From Clostridiales bacterium (GTDB taxonomy: Bacteria > Bacillota > Clostridia > Oscillospirales > Oscillospiraceae), in NCBI GenBank assembly GCA_021205725.1, contig JAJPWY010000022.1, positions 438-64,437 of the forward strand: a stretch of 64,000 bases of DNA, read 5' to 3'. Position 1 is the stretch's first letter. The number at the start of each line of letters is the position of its first letter. A program made the translations under genes and the position numbers. Shown one piece after another: positions 52,277 through 62,109 of this stretch. A model generated the notes under the pieces. It had not been told where the DNA came from. It saw nothing but the letters and a program-made list of their open reading frames with translations, and made no database searches.

Positions 52277-54023
52277 TTTGGTTCCTCCAAGATTTTTTTT
52301 CTCTGAACGCCATCAGTGCGTCGTCGTCCAGCTCGGACGTTCCGCCACCCTTCAGGCTCTCGGTCTGTATAATGTTGATGTAGTCCGCCAGCGCCTGCTC
52401 CTGATTGCTCTGGGAGATGGGCTGCTGGAGAATGGAGACCAGGTGGTTCATCTCCTCGCCGGTCAGCTCCGGGCCGAGGGCGTTGAGGGAGACGGGACGA
52501 TCCTCCGTCCACCGCTCCCAGATCAGCCGGTAAATGCGGCCAAACACAGGGACGGTAAAGTCCTCCGGACTTAGCCCCCGGATCTTTGAGAGCAGATTCG
52601 GGTCGTTCATCAGCAGGGCGATGACCCCCTCCTCCGCCTTTCCGGAGCGCATATTGTCATAGCGGAGGGCACGGCTCTCCGGCTGGTTCATCTGCACCGG
52701 CTGGAGCACCTTCCTGGCCTGCTGCTTTTCCTCCCACCGGGTCTGGCGCTTCTGACTGCGGCGGATTTCCCGCTGCATGGTCTCCGGGGTGATCTCCATC
52801 TCCTTGGCCATCCGGTTGCCGTAGACCTCCCGCTCCGCAGAGCCGGGGAGCCGGGAGATCACCTCTGCCAGCTCCTGGATACAGGCTACCTTCTGGTCAT
52901 CCTGGGTCAGGTCATACTTTCCCTTCACCTGGAGGAGACGGAATTCCACGTGGTTTTCCGAGCCGTCGATGAGCTTCTGGAACGCCGCCGCCCCGTACTT
53001 TTTGATGAATTCGTCCGGGTCTTTCGCTCCCGTGACCTTGAGCACCTTCACCCGGATGCCCGTCTTATCCAGCAGCTGGATGGCCCGCTGGGCGGCGTTG
53101 ACTCCGGCGCTGTCGCTGTCGTAGGAGATGACCACCTCCTGGGTACGCTGGGCGATCATCCGGGCATGGTCTGGGGTGAGAGAGGTGCCCAGAGAGGCCA
53201 CGGCGCAGTCAAACCCCGCCTGGTGGAGGGCGATGGTGTCCATATAGCCCTCGGTGAGGATGATACGCCCCTGCTTGCTCTTTCGGGCCAGATTCAGGGC
53301 AAAGAGGTTTTTGCTCTTGTTGTAGATAATGGTGTCCGGGGAGTTGAGGTACTTCGGCGTGCCGTTGTCCAGCACCCGGCCCCCGAATCCGATGACATTC
53401 CCCCGCAGGTCGATGATGGGAAACATCACCCGGCCCCGGAACCGGTCGTAGAGACGGCCCTTGTCGTTTTTGACCACCAGTCCGGCGTCCAGCAGCTCCT
53501 GCTTGCTGTAGCCCTTCTCTCCCATGGTCTGGATGAGCATATCCCATCGGTCGTAGGAGTAACCCAGGCCGAAGTTTACAATCGTCCGTTTGGAGAGGCC
53601 CCGGTTGGTAAAATACTCCAGGGCGAACCGGTTCTCCGGCTCCAGCAGGTTCTGGTGGAACCACCGAGCGGCCTCCCGGTTGAGCTGATAGAGCCGCTCC
53701 CGTCTCTGCCGGTTATCACCGCTGCCACGGCTCTCCGGGACGGTCATGCCCACCCGCTGGGCCAGAATGCCCACGGCGTCCGGGAAGCCCACGCCCTCCA
53801 TTTCCATGGTGAACTGGACGGCGCCGCCTCCCTTGTGACAGCCGAAGCAGTAGTACATCTGCCGATCCGGGGAGACGGAGAAGGAGGGAGTCTTTTCGCT
53901 GTGGAAGGGACACAGTCCCCAGTAGCGATTCCCCTTTTTGGTCAGCGTCACGTAGCCGGAGATCAAATCCACGATATCTGTTCTGGCGTTGAGCTCCTCC
54001 AGGAAGCTCTCCGGAATCGCCAT
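52269..54023 (-). CDS. dnaG: DNA primase
   Basis: Zinc-binding [13 protein letters not shown]...[21 protein letters not shown]. 8-nt overlap with rpoD. Confidence 0.95.
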   Translation of the reverse strand: MAIPESFLEELNARTDIVDLISGYVTLTKKGNRYWGLCPFHSEKTPSFSVSPDRQMYYCFGCHKGGGAVQFTMEMEGVGFPDAVGILAQRVGMTVPESRGSGDNRQRRERLYQLNREAARWFHQNLLEPENRFALEYFTNRGLSKRTIVNFGLGYSYDRWDMLIQTMGEKGYSKQELLDAGLVVKNDKGRLYDRFRGRVMFPIIDLRGNVIGFGGRVLDNGTPKYLNSPDTIIYNKSKNLFALNLARKSKQGRIILTEGYMDTIALHQAGFDCAVASLGTSLTPDHARMIAQRTQEVVISYDSDSAGVNAAQRAIQLLDKTGIRVKVLKVTGAKDPDEFIKKYGAAAFQKLIDGSENHVEFRLLQVKGKYDLTQDDQKVACIQELAEVISRLPGSAEREVYGNRMAKEMEITPETMQREIRRSQKRQTRWEEKQQARKVLQPVQMNQPESRALRYDNMRSGKAEEGVIALLMNDPNLLSKIRGLSPEDFTVPVFGRIYRLIWERWTEDRPVSLNALGPELTGEEMNHLVSILQQPISQSNQEQALADYINIIQTESLKGGGTSELDDDALMAFREKKSWRNQNE

Positions 54024-54121
54024 GGCGGTTCACCTCCCCTTCTGTGAGCCTTTGGCACCAAATTTCCCATAGGATAACCCTTTTTGCCTCACTTTATCCG
54101 AAAAAGGGCGAATAGGGCCGC

Positions 54122-55126
54122 TCACTTCACCGTCCACGCCCTGGGGATAAAAAGCTCGCCGTATTTTGACACGGCGTAGGGGTCGGTCATGCCGGCAATA
54201 TAGTCGCACACCGCCCGCTCTACCCCCTCCTCGTAGCGGATATCCTGAAAGTCCGCCGGGAGCAGATCCGGGTCTTTGACGTAGGCCTCGAACATCCGCC
54301 GGAGCATCTCCTGGGCCTTGCCCTCCTCTCCCTTCGCCTGGGGATTGCGGTAGACCATCTCAAACAGGAAGTCCCGCAGCTCGTTCATGGCTGCCCCGAT
54401 CTCCGGAGACTGACGGATGGTGTCCCCCTCCTGGCTGCTGTTGATGACATCCTTGACCAGAGTGTCGATGCGCTGGCTCTTGTTGAAGCCCAAAATCTCC
54501 CGGAGGTGGATGGGGATGTCCAACGGGTAGATGATGCCACCCCGCATGGCGTCGTCGATGTCGTGATTGATGTAGGCAATCCGGTCGGCGAACCAGAGAA
54601 TCTGTCCCTCCAGCGTCTCCGCCTTATCGCTGCCCGTGTGGCAGAGGATGCCCCGCCGAACCTCATAGGTCAGGTTGAGGCCGTCCCCCTCCTTTTCCAG
54701 CTTGTCCACCACCCGGAGGGACTGGACGTTGTGCCGGAAGCCTCCGGGCATGATCTCATTGAGTACCCGCTCCCCGGCGTGGCCAAAGGGGGTATGTCCC
54801 AGGTCGTGTCCCAGGCCCGCCGCCTCCGCCAGATCCTCGTTCAGGCCCAGGCCCCGGGCGATGGTCCGGGCGATGCGGGTGACCTCCAGGGTGTGGGTCA
54901 TCCGGGTGCGGTAGTGGTCGCCCTCCGGCTGGAGAAAGACCTGGGTCTTTCGCTTGAGCCGACGGAACGCCTTGGAGTGGACGATGCGATCCACGTCCCG
55001 CTGAAAGCAGGTGCGCACCTCACAGGGCTCCTCCGGGCGCAGCCGCCCCCGGGAGTCCGTGCTTTTACAGGCTCTGGGAGACAGCAGGACATTCTCCGCC
55101 TGCTCGATCCGCTCTCTGGCCGTCAT
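54122..55126 (-). CDS. dGTPase-like HD-domain triphosphohydrolase
   Basis: HD-domain motifs (RMTHTLEV, GHDLGHTPFGH). Conserved position upstream of dnaG. Start ATG 55126 (MTARERIEQ); 55153 is the alternative. Confidence 0.85.
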   Translation of the reverse strand: MTARERIEQAENVLLSPRACKSTDSRGRLRPEEPCEVRTCFQRDVDRIVHSKAFRRLKRKTQVFLQPEGDHYRTRMTHTLEVTRIARTIARGLGLNEDLAEAAGLGHDLGHTPFGHAGERVLNEIMPGGFRHNVQSLRVVDKLEKEGDGLNLTYEVRRGILCHTGSDKAETLEGQILWFADRIAYINHDIDDAMRGGIIYPLDIPIHLREILGFNKSQRIDTLVKDVINSSQEGDTIRQSPEIGAAMNELRDFLFEMVYRNPQAKGEEGKAQEMLRRMFEAYVKDPDLLPADFQDIRYEEGVERAVCDYIAGMTDPYAVSKYGELFIPRAWTVK

Positions 55127-55225
55127 CCGATCGCCCCCGTTCTTCGCCCCCATGGGTCAATTTTTTGCCTTCTCAACGAGGATATACGCAAAAGAAGGGA
55201 AAAATCCTGCTGCAAGGTAAAAATT

Positions 55226-56371
55226 TTAATCGATGCGCTTTTCCATCAGCTCCAGAGGCACGGTGCTGTCCCCGGCAGCCCCCAGACTGCGGAAGCCGTA
55301 CTTGAGATAGAAGTGCATCCCCTGCTCGTTGTCCTCCGAGCAGCGGAGGCGTATCCGATCCCGTCCCAGAGGGCGGAAGGTGGCAACCGCCTGGCCCAAA
55401 AGCTGGATACCCAGCCCCTGCTCCCGGGCCTCCGGGGTGACATAGTAGAAATAGATGAATCCGGCGTTGTCCTCCTGATACCGCTCCAGATCCATCTGGA
55501 GCAGACCGGCAATTTCGTCTCCCCGCATGGCACAGACCACCGACCAGGGATTTTCCAGGGCGGAGCGGAGGGCCTGCCGGTAAAAGGTCTCCCCGTCGTA
55601 GGGCAGACCGGGATGGACTCGCTCCCAGGTCTCCTGGCGGAAGCGGTCATATAGCGTTCGTTCCTCTACCGGCTCCCAGGGGCGATACCACAGGTTGGCC
55701 GCCGGCTCGGAAACGTTGCCCGCCGTCTTCCACTTCTGGTTGGCCAGGGTGGACAGCTCCGGAGGCAGGTGGGAGTTGTCGCAGGCAAAGACCACCTTCA
55801 CCTGATCTCCCTCAATCTCCAGACAGGAGACCCCAGTGTTGTCGCAGCGGGGGATTTTCTGATTGATCTCCTCCACCGGATAGCCGTAAAAGACGGACAG
55901 GGCGGAGCGGAGGGCGATGTAATGGGTGGAGATACCGATGGTCTGTCCCGGGTGCCGGGCGGCCAGCTTTAAGATCGTGCCGCTGACCCGGGTGCGCAGC
56001 TCCTCATAGCTCTCCCCACCGGGGGCGCGAAAGGTCGGGGAGCAGGTCTGAAAGCCCTCCATCCCATCCGGGTCGGTGCGGCGCACCTCTCCCCAGGGGC
56101 GATCCTCCCACTCTCCCAGGTTCATCTCCCGGAGGCCCGTATCCAGTTGAAGGGGCAGTCCCTTGTGCTCATAGAGCGCCCGGGCGGTCTGGCGGCAGCG
56201 GCGCAGGTCGCTGGAGTATACGGCATCTAAGTGGATGGGGCGAAACCGCTCCTCCAGCGCAACGACCTGACGGAGGCCGTTCTCCGTCAGGCTACTGTCA
56301 TACTGTCCGTGGATGCGGCGGTAGAGGTTGCCCTCCGCCTCCCCGTGGCGGACGATGTAAACGGTCGTCAT
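55226..56371 (-). CDS. Histidine-phosphatase (phosphoglycerate-mutase-like) / GNAT acetyltransferase fusion protein
   Basis: N-terminal YIVRHGEAEGN (RHG motif) and a downstream His (STHYIALR). C-terminal GNAT core with the REQGLGIQLL acetyl-CoA motif. ATG 56371 follows GAAGGA. An alternative ATG 56422 overlaps the pyrD stop (TAATG). Confidence 0.75.
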   Translation of the reverse strand: MTTVYIVRHGEAEGNLYRRIHGQYDSSLTENGLRQVVALEERFRPIHLDAVYSSDLRRCRQTARALYEHKGLPLQLDTGLREMNLGEWEDRPWGEVRRTDPDGMEGFQTCSPTFRAPGGESYEELRTRVSGTILKLAARHPGQTIGISTHYIALRSALSVFYGYPVEEINQKIPRCDNTGVSCLEIEGDQVKVVFACDNSHLPPELSTLANQKWKTAGNVSEPAANLWYRPWEPVEERTLYDRFRQETWERVHPGLPYDGETFYRQALRSALENPWSVVCAMRGDEIAGLLQMDLERYQEDNAGFIYFYYVTPEAREQGLGIQLLGQAVATFRPLGRDRIRLRCSEDNEQGMHFYLKYGFRSLGAAGDSTVPLELMEKRID

Positions 56372-56421
56372 GGTGATTTGTTCCTTCTTCTCTGTTTCTT
56401 TCTCTCTCTGTATCCCTGCCA

Positions 56422-57342
56422 TTACCAGGGCTTAACCCCGCCGGTCAGCTCCGACACACGGGCCAGCCCCTGTTCTGCGGCGATTTTTTCCAGGCCGTCC
56501 CGGATCTTGAGGGGGGCGTAGGGGTCGGCAAAGCAGGCCGTCCCCACCGCCACGGCAGAGGCCCCCGCCAGCATGAGCTGGGCTGCGTCCTCTCCTTTAG
56601 ACACGCCGCCCATCCCCAGGATGGGCAGGTTCACTGCCTGGGCCACCTCCCAGACCATGCGCACCGCCACCGGCAGCACCGCAGGCCCGGAGAGTCCACC
56701 GGTGTTCATTTTCAGCACCGGGCGGCGGGTACGAACGTCAATCCGCATCCCCCGGATGGTGTTGATGAGGGACAGGGCATCCGCCCCGGCCTCCGCTACT
56801 GCCTGGGCAATGGCGGTGATGTCGGTGACGTTGGGGGAAAGCTTCACCATCACCGGCACATCCGAATGGCCCCTGGCCTCCTCCGTCACCTGGGCGGCCA
56901 TCTCGGGCACCACCCCGTATTGCAGTCCTCCCGCCTTCACGTTGGGGCAGGAGATATTCACCTCGATCATGTCCACCCCCGCCCGGGAGAGCTTTTCGCA
57001 CATGATGCCGTACTCCTCCGGGGTGTTGCCGGAGATGTTGGCGATGATCTTCACATCATGCTCCCGGAGCCAGGGCAGCTCGTGAGCGATAAAGCCGTCC
57101 ACGCCGGGGTTTTGCAGACCCACCGAGTTCAGGATGCCCATGGGGGTCTCGGCGATGCGGGGAGGCGGGTTGCCCTCTCTCGGGTGGAGGGTCAATCCCT
57201 TGACGCAGATGCCCCCCAGCTCGCTCAGATCGTAGAACTGCCCGAACTCCCGGCCGAAGCCGAAGGTGCCGGAGGCCATTACCACCGGGTTTTTCAGGGT
57301 CACACCGGCGAGATCGACGGAGAGATCCATTTTTTCCATCAC
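56422..57342 (-). CDS. pyrD: Dihydroorotate dehydrogenase, class 1B catalytic subunit
   Basis: SGTFGFG, EVNISCPNV (catalytic Cys) and GGV motifs. 306 aa. Confidence 0.93.
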   Translation of the reverse strand: MMEKMDLSVDLAGVTLKNPVVMASGTFGFGREFGQFYDLSELGGICVKGLTLHPREGNPPPRIAETPMGILNSVGLQNPGVDGFIAHELPWLREHDVKIIANISGNTPEEYGIMCEKLSRAGVDMIEVNISCPNVKAGGLQYGVVPEMAAQVTEEARGHSDVPVMVKLSPNVTDITAIAQAVAEAGADALSLINTIRGMRIDVRTRRPVLKMNTGGLSGPAVLPVAVRMVWEVAQAVNLPILGMGGVSKGEDAAQLMLAGASAVAVGTACFADPYAPLKIRDGLEKIAAEQGLARVSELTGGVKPW

Positions 57343-58082
57343 CAGTCCACCTCCTCGGCGTTGAACACGGGGCCGTCCTTGCAGACGTGCTTATAATGTC
57401 CCCCCACGGAGCAGGCGCAGACCAGGCAGGCTCCGACGCCGCAGCCCATCCGCTCCTCCATGGAGACAAAGCAGGGGGTATTTCCCTCGTTCGCCGCCCG
57501 TGCCACGCTTTTCAGCATGGGCCGGGGACCGCAGGCAAAGACGGCGGCGTAGCTGTCCTCAGAGAGGGCCTGACGCACCAGAGCATCCACAAAGCCGTGA
57601 ACGCCCAGCGTCCCGTCGTCGCTGGCAATCATCACCTTTCCGCAGACGGCGTTCAGCTCCTCCAGCAGAATGGCGTTGTCGGCGCTGCGGAAGCCCACGC
57701 AGGCGTCCGCCTCCCGGCAGCATTTGGCGGCATAGAGCATGGGAGGCACGCCGATGCCGCCTCCCACCACCAGAACCTTTCCCCGGGGAATATCGTAGCC
57801 GTGGCCCAGGGGGCCCAGCACATCCAGCTCCTCTCCCGTCTGACGCCGGGAGAGCCATTGTGTCCCATCTCCCTTGACCTGGAACACCACGGTCAGCAGA
57901 GAGCCCTCCACGTCGCAGACAGAGATGGGACGGCGGAGCAGCAGGCCCTCGCCGCACCGGATGTTGACAAACTGGCCGGGCTGTGTCGTCCGGGCCAGTT
58001 CCCCCGCCTCCAGGGTGAGGGAAAAAACGTCTCCGGTCAGCTGCCGGAGATCGGCGATGGGGCAGAGCTTTGTCATTGGCAT
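57339..58082 (-). CDS. pyrK: Dihydroorotate dehydrogenase electron-transfer subunit
   Basis: FAD/NAD-binding ferredoxin-reductase fold with a C-terminal 2Fe-2S Cys cluster (CGVGACLVCAC). ATGA overlap with pyrD. ATG 58082 sits after the pyrF stop; ORF-track start 58271 is rejected. Confidence 0.9.
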   Translation of the reverse strand: MPMTKLCPIADLRQLTGDVFSLTLEAGELARTTQPGQFVNIRCGEGLLLRRPISVCDVEGSLLTVVFQVKGDGTQWLSRRQTGEELDVLGPLGHGYDIPRGKVLVVGGGIGVPPMLYAAKCCREADACVGFRSADNAILLEELNAVCGKVMIASDDGTLGVHGFVDALVRQALSEDSYAAVFACGPRPMLKSVARAANEGNTPCFVSMEERMGCGVGACLVCACSVGGHYKHVCKDGPVFNAEEVDW

Positions 58083-58098
58083 AGGCTCACCTGTTCCT

Positions 58099-59025
58099 TT
58101 ACAAAATGGGCGTGACCGCACGGATGGCGTCCCGCATCTCCAGGGCGGCATCCCGGGCCGCCTGAGCGTAGTCCTCGCCGTTGTGACCCGTCTTTTTCCA
58201 GGCGCACATAATGCTCCGGGAGGCGTTGATGACTGCGCCCCGGCCGTACCGGTCGAAGGCGTAGTGAACATCCTCCGCCGTGCCCCCCTGGGCCCCGTAG
58301 CCGGGCACCAGGAAGAAGGTGTGGGGCAGCATTTTGCGCAGCTGGCGCAGGTCGGAGGGATAGGTAGCGCCGATGACCGCCCCCACCCGGTTATAGCCGT
58401 ACTCCCCCACCGAGGTAGTCTTGCCCCAGCGGTCTACCAGCTCGCCCATGACCTTGTAGACCACCCGGTCGCCGGCCACCATGTCCTGGAGCTCGATGGC
58501 GGAGGGGTTGGAGGTGCGCACCAGGGCAAAGACGCACTTGTCCTCCGCTTCAGCGTCCTTGAGGAAGGGCTTGATGGCGTCGCTGCCCATATAGCCGTTC
58601 AGGGTCACGCAGTCGGCGTCGAAGCCGGGGATCTGCTCCTCTCCCACCTGGCTCTTGCCCAGCCAGGCCTCGGAGTAGGCGGCGGCGGTGGAGCCGATGT
58701 CTCCCCGCTTCACGTCGGCGATGACGAAAAATCCCTTGCTCCTGGCATAGCGGATGGTGCGCTCCAGCATCTCCATCCCCTCCCAGCCCCAGTTCTCATA
58801 GTAGGCGGACTGTGGCTTGACGGCAGGGACGATGTCGCTCAGAGCGTCCATCAGTCCGCAGTTAAACTCAAAAATGGCTTCCACGGCGGCCTTCCGGGTC
58901 TCCCCATAGGCCTCGATCTGCTTTTGGACGATGGCGGCGGGGACGTATTCCAGCCGGGCGTCCAGTCCCGCCACTGTGGGGTTTTTCATGCTGCGTATTT
59001 TGCTCTGGAGGGTATCGAAGGACAT
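58099..59025 (-). CDS. pyrF: Orotidine 5'-phosphate decarboxylase (long, type 2)
   Basis: 308 aa. ADVKRGDIGST active-site segment. Confidence 0.9.
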   Translation of the reverse strand: MSFDTLQSKIRSMKNPTVAGLDARLEYVPAAIVQKQIEAYGETRKAAVEAIFEFNCGLMDALSDIVPAVKPQSAYYENWGWEGMEMLERTIRYARSKGFFVIADVKRGDIGSTAAAYSEAWLGKSQVGEEQIPGFDADCVTLNGYMGSDAIKPFLKDAEAEDKCVFALVRTSNPSAIELQDMVAGDRVVYKVMGELVDRWGKTTSVGEYGYNRVGAVIGATYPSDLRQLRKMLPHTFFLVPGYGAQGGTAEDVHYAFDRYGRGAVINASRSIMCAWKKTGHNGEDYAQAARDAALEMRDAIRAVTPIL

Positions 59026-59065
59026 AGTGATCTTCTCCTCTCTGAACGTGTCTCAGGCGGCTGTC

Positions 59066-60340
59066 TCACGCCTGATAGATGATATTTCCGTCTGAAATGG
59101 TGTAGCGCACCCTGCCCTGGACCTCCATGCCGCCGAAGGGGGTGTTCCTCGCCTTGGAGACGAACTGATCCGGGTCGATGGTCCACTTTTCGTCCGGGTC
59201 GAAAATGGTGATGTCCGCAGGCGCCCCCAGGGCCAGGGAACCACGGCGGATACCCAAAATCTTGGCCGGGTTGATGGTCATCTTCTGGATGATGTCTGCC
59301 AGAGACATCTCCCCGGTGTGGTACAGGTAGGTCAGTGCCAGGGCCAGGGAGGTCTCCAGCCCCACCATGCCCGCCGGGGCCTCGGTCAGGGGCTTTGCCT
59401 TCTCCTCGGCGGAGTGAGGGGCATGGTCGGTGACGATGCAGTCGATGGTGCCGTCCTTCAGCCCGGCCAGGATGCCTGCCCGGTCCTTTGTATTGCGCAG
59501 GGGGGGATTCACCTTGGCCAGCGTCCCCTGGCGCAAAATCTCCTCATGGGTAAAGACAAAGTACTGGGGGCAGGTCTCGCAGGTGATGCGGACGCCCCGG
59601 CGCTTGTACTGCCGGATGATGTTCACGCTGTTGGCGGTGGAGACGTGGCAGATGTGGACGGCGGTGCGGGTCTCCTCCGCCAGCATGGCGTCCCGCATGA
59701 CCATCAGCTCCTCCGCGATGGCGGGTCGGCCGGGCAATCCCAGCTGCCGGGAGACACGGCCCTCGTTCACGCTGCGTCCCCGGACCATATTGTCGTCCTC
59801 GCAGTGGGAGAGGACGGTGAGCTTGTTCCGGTGGGCCCGCAGCAGGGCGTCCCGCATCAGGTTGGCGTTCATCACCGGCATCCCGTCGTCCGAAATGGCC
59901 ACCGCCCCCGCCTTTTTCAGGGCCCGGGCGTCGGTGATCTCCTCCCCCCGCTCTCCCCTGGAGAGGGCTCCGATGGGCCAGACGTGGACGCCGCAGTTCT
60001 CCGCCGCCCGTTTTTTCACATACTGTATCGTCTCCGGGCTGTCGATGGTGGGGACGGTGTTGGGCATACAGGCAATGGAGGTAAAGCCGCCGTGGGCCGC
60101 CGCCGCAGAGCCGGTGAGGATGTCCTCCTTATAGGTCAGGCCGGGGTCTCGCAGATGGACGTGCATATCGATCAGTCCCGCGCAGACGCAGAGGCCCCTG
60201 GCATCCAGCACCAGGGCGTCGCTCTCCTCTACATTATTGCCGATCATGACAATCACGCCGTCCTCGATGAGGATGTCCATCACGCCGCCGATCCCGCAGA
60301 CCGGGTCGATCAGCGTGCCGTTGCGAATGAGCAGCTTCAA
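59066..60340 (-). CDS. pyrC: Dihydroorotase
   Basis: DMHVHLRDPG metal-binding motif and amidohydrolase fold length. TTG 60340 lies 7 nt after AAGGAGAG. The ORF-track ATG 60370 has no RBS. Confidence 0.9.
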   Translation of the reverse strand: MKLLIRNGTLIDPVCGIGGVMDILIEDGVIVMIGNNVEESDALVLDARGLCVCAGLIDMHVHLRDPGLTYKEDILTGSAAAAHGGFTSIACMPNTVPTIDSPETIQYVKKRAAENCGVHVWPIGALSRGERGEEITDARALKKAGAVAISDDGMPVMNANLMRDALLRAHRNKLTVLSHCEDDNMVRGRSVNEGRVSRQLGLPGRPAIAEELMVMRDAMLAEETRTAVHICHVSTANSVNIIRQYKRRGVRITCETCPQYFVFTHEEILRQGTLAKVNPPLRNTKDRAGILAGLKDGTIDCIVTDHAPHSAEEKAKPLTEAPAGMVGLETSLALALTYLYHTGEMSLADIIQKMTINPAKILGIRRGSLALGAPADITIFDPDEKWTIDPDQFVSKARNTPFGGMEVQGRVRYTISDGNIIYQA

Positions 60341-60600
60341 GGTACAACTCTCCTTTCCGGGGGTTTGCATTGCATGGTCATCTGTTATGCAGGATTTTGT
60401 CCTCCGTCAACGCATAACGATCCATTTTATCATCTGTTTCGCACTGATTTCTGTATTTGACGGCAAATGCAAAGGCGCATGACGTTCCTTCTCCCTTTTG
60501 ACATCCTGCGTCAGAACAGGAAAACCGATGTGAAAATCAGGACGGGGCTTTTGCGTATTTCGAAATGGTCATAATAGGATGATAAATTGCATCTAAGGAA

Positions 60601-60629
60601 AGTATACCTGAATCAACCGACAATTGCAA
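60601..60629 (-). promoter_or_regulatory. Sigma-A type promoter giving a ~255-nt leader for the pyr operon
   Basis: Minus strand: TTGCAA (60629-60624), 17 nt, TATACT (60606-60601). Confidence 0.55.
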
Positions 60630-60736
60630 GACAGAATCAGAGCCCTACGGACAACGATGTAATATCCATATGCGCCTTGCACAGGGAATTTCTGCCTTGG
60701 TAATCCGTCCGTTTCATGTTTCTCCAGGGGCATACT

Positions 60737-60773
60737 GTAAGGGGAGCGCTGCAATGCGCAACGCTCCCCTTAC
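60737..60773. other. Perfect 12-bp stem hairpin GTAAGGGGAGCG-N13-CGCTCCCCTTAC without a T-tract
   Basis: Read directly. Lies about 130 nt downstream of the M20 gene stop. It may be a factor-dependent or weak terminator. Confidence 0.4.
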
Positions 60774-60899
60774 TGATTGGATATGCCGGTGTGGTATTGA
60801 ACGCCTTTGCATGCTTCCGGCTCCTTTCATCCGTCTGAATGTCCGGACTTGTATGTCGGCCTTGAACGCATCCATTCTGCAGGCTGGCGGCCGGGATGG

Positions 60900-62087
60900 T
60901 CAGATTCCGTGAAAATCGTCCGGCATGCTCAGAATGGTCAGCACGATTTTTTTTGCCTGCTCCGTCAGGGACGAGGCCACGGCGTACTCGTTGGCGGTGT
61001 GGCTGGCGTCACCCCGCACCCCCACGCCACAGAGGACAGGGATGCCCAGCATGCTGATATAGGCGGCGTCAGAGCAGCCGCCGGAGTACACCGGCTGCGG
61101 ACGGGGAAAGCCCAGCTGCTCACAGGAATCCTGATACAGCTGTAACAGCTGCTCGGTGCCTGCCACCGGCTCCATGGCCTTAAAGACGGTTTTCATCTCC
61201 ATCTCTGTGTGGACACGGGGATCTGCGTTGTCGTCGCAGATTGCCTGCAACGTTTTCAGTGCATCCTCCAGATCCTGATTGGTGGGGAAGCGAAGGCCCA
61301 CGGAAAATTCGCACCGGTCAGGGATGGCGTTGCTGGTGGTGCCGCCCTTCACGACGCCGCAGTTGTACAGCACCCGGTTCGGGTCGGACAGCTCCTCGAT
61401 GTTCAAAATTTTGCGGGCCGCCTCCCGGATGGCGCTGGCGCCCTTCTCCGGCTCCTTGCCCGCATGGGCGGAGACGCCGTGCACCGTAATCGTCACAATA
61501 CCGCCGCCCTTACGACGGTAGACCACATCTCCGCTGAGCAGACCGCTCTCGCAGTTGAAGGCCGCTGCGCAGCCGACGGCAGCGTCGGCGTAGACCTGGC
61601 AGCCGCCGCCCTGGGAGAGGGCGTGAGCTACCTCCTCATCGCCGCTCAAAATCAGCCGAAGCTGCCGCTTCCGGTAGCCGAAGCGCTGTAGCGTGGCAAT
61701 CACCAGGATCGCCACCGCAATGCCGCCCTTACAGTCGTACACGCCGGGGCCATAGATGTTGTCTCCGTCCCGGCGAAAGACGTTGTCTCCGAACCGGCCC
61801 ACCGGATGCACCGTGTCCATGTGCGCCATCAGCGTCACGGCGGGGAGCTCTCCCCGTTCTGTCTGGGCCACCAGGGTCGAGCCTGCCCGGTCAAAGGCCA
61901 CCTTTTTCCGCCACAGGCCCATGGCGTCCAGATAGGTGTCCAGGTGCGCCGCCAGGCGGTTGACCTCCGCCCGGTCAGCGGACGGGCTCTCGATGCGTAC
62001 CATCTGCTCCCACAGCTGGATCATAGACTGCTCTCTGGAGTCGATATAATCACAGATCGCCTGGATGTCAAATTGCTGCTCCTGCAT
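60900..62087 (-). CDS. M20 family metallopeptidase/amidohydrolase
   Basis: 395 aa. HMDTVH and SGDEE metal-ligand motifs. Central dimerisation-domain length. Confidence 0.8.
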   Translation of the reverse strand: MQEQQFDIQAICDYIDSREQSMIQLWEQMVRIESPSADRAEVNRLAAHLDTYLDAMGLWRKKVAFDRAGSTLVAQTERGELPAVTLMAHMDTVHPVGRFGDNVFRRDGDNIYGPGVYDCKGGIAVAILVIATLQRFGYRKRQLRLILSGDEEVAHALSQGGGCQVYADAAVGCAAAFNCESGLLSGDVVYRRKGGGIVTITVHGVSAHAGKEPEKGASAIREAARKILNIEELSDPNRVLYNCGVVKGGTTSNAIPDRCEFSVGLRFPTNQDLEDALKTLQAICDDNADPRVHTEMEMKTVFKAMEPVAGTEQLLQLYQDSCEQLGFPRPQPVYSGGCSDAAYISMLGIPVLCGVGVRGDASHTANEYAVASSLTEQAKKIVLTILSMPDDFHGI

Positions 62088-62109
62088 AAGAGATCCTCCT
62101 CGCCTCTGC

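Noticed and set aside
211-58271. ORF-track N-terminal extensions at 211, 14188, 14400, 17023, 26933, 26960, 34355, 37342, 38905, 42449, 49296, 58271 and 60370.
   Set aside because: The longest-ORF starts lack an RBS, overlap the upstream gene, or lie upstream of the predicted promoter. Internal ATG/GTG/TTG codons with Shine-Dalgarno sequences and family-typical N-termini were preferred, and the coordinates were adjusted in the feature list.
60341-60600. A PyrR-binding attenuator in the pyr leader.
   Set aside because: The ARUCCAGAGAGGYU consensus is not present on the transcribed strand. The nearest look-alike (CCCTGGAGAAAC, about 60712-60723) lies upstream of the predicted promoter.
60670-60912. 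80-aa + strand ORF and other short ORFs in the 60371-60899 intergenic region.
   Set aside because: They have no RBS and overlap the promoter and hairpin elements. The translations (Cys/Arg-rich) look random.
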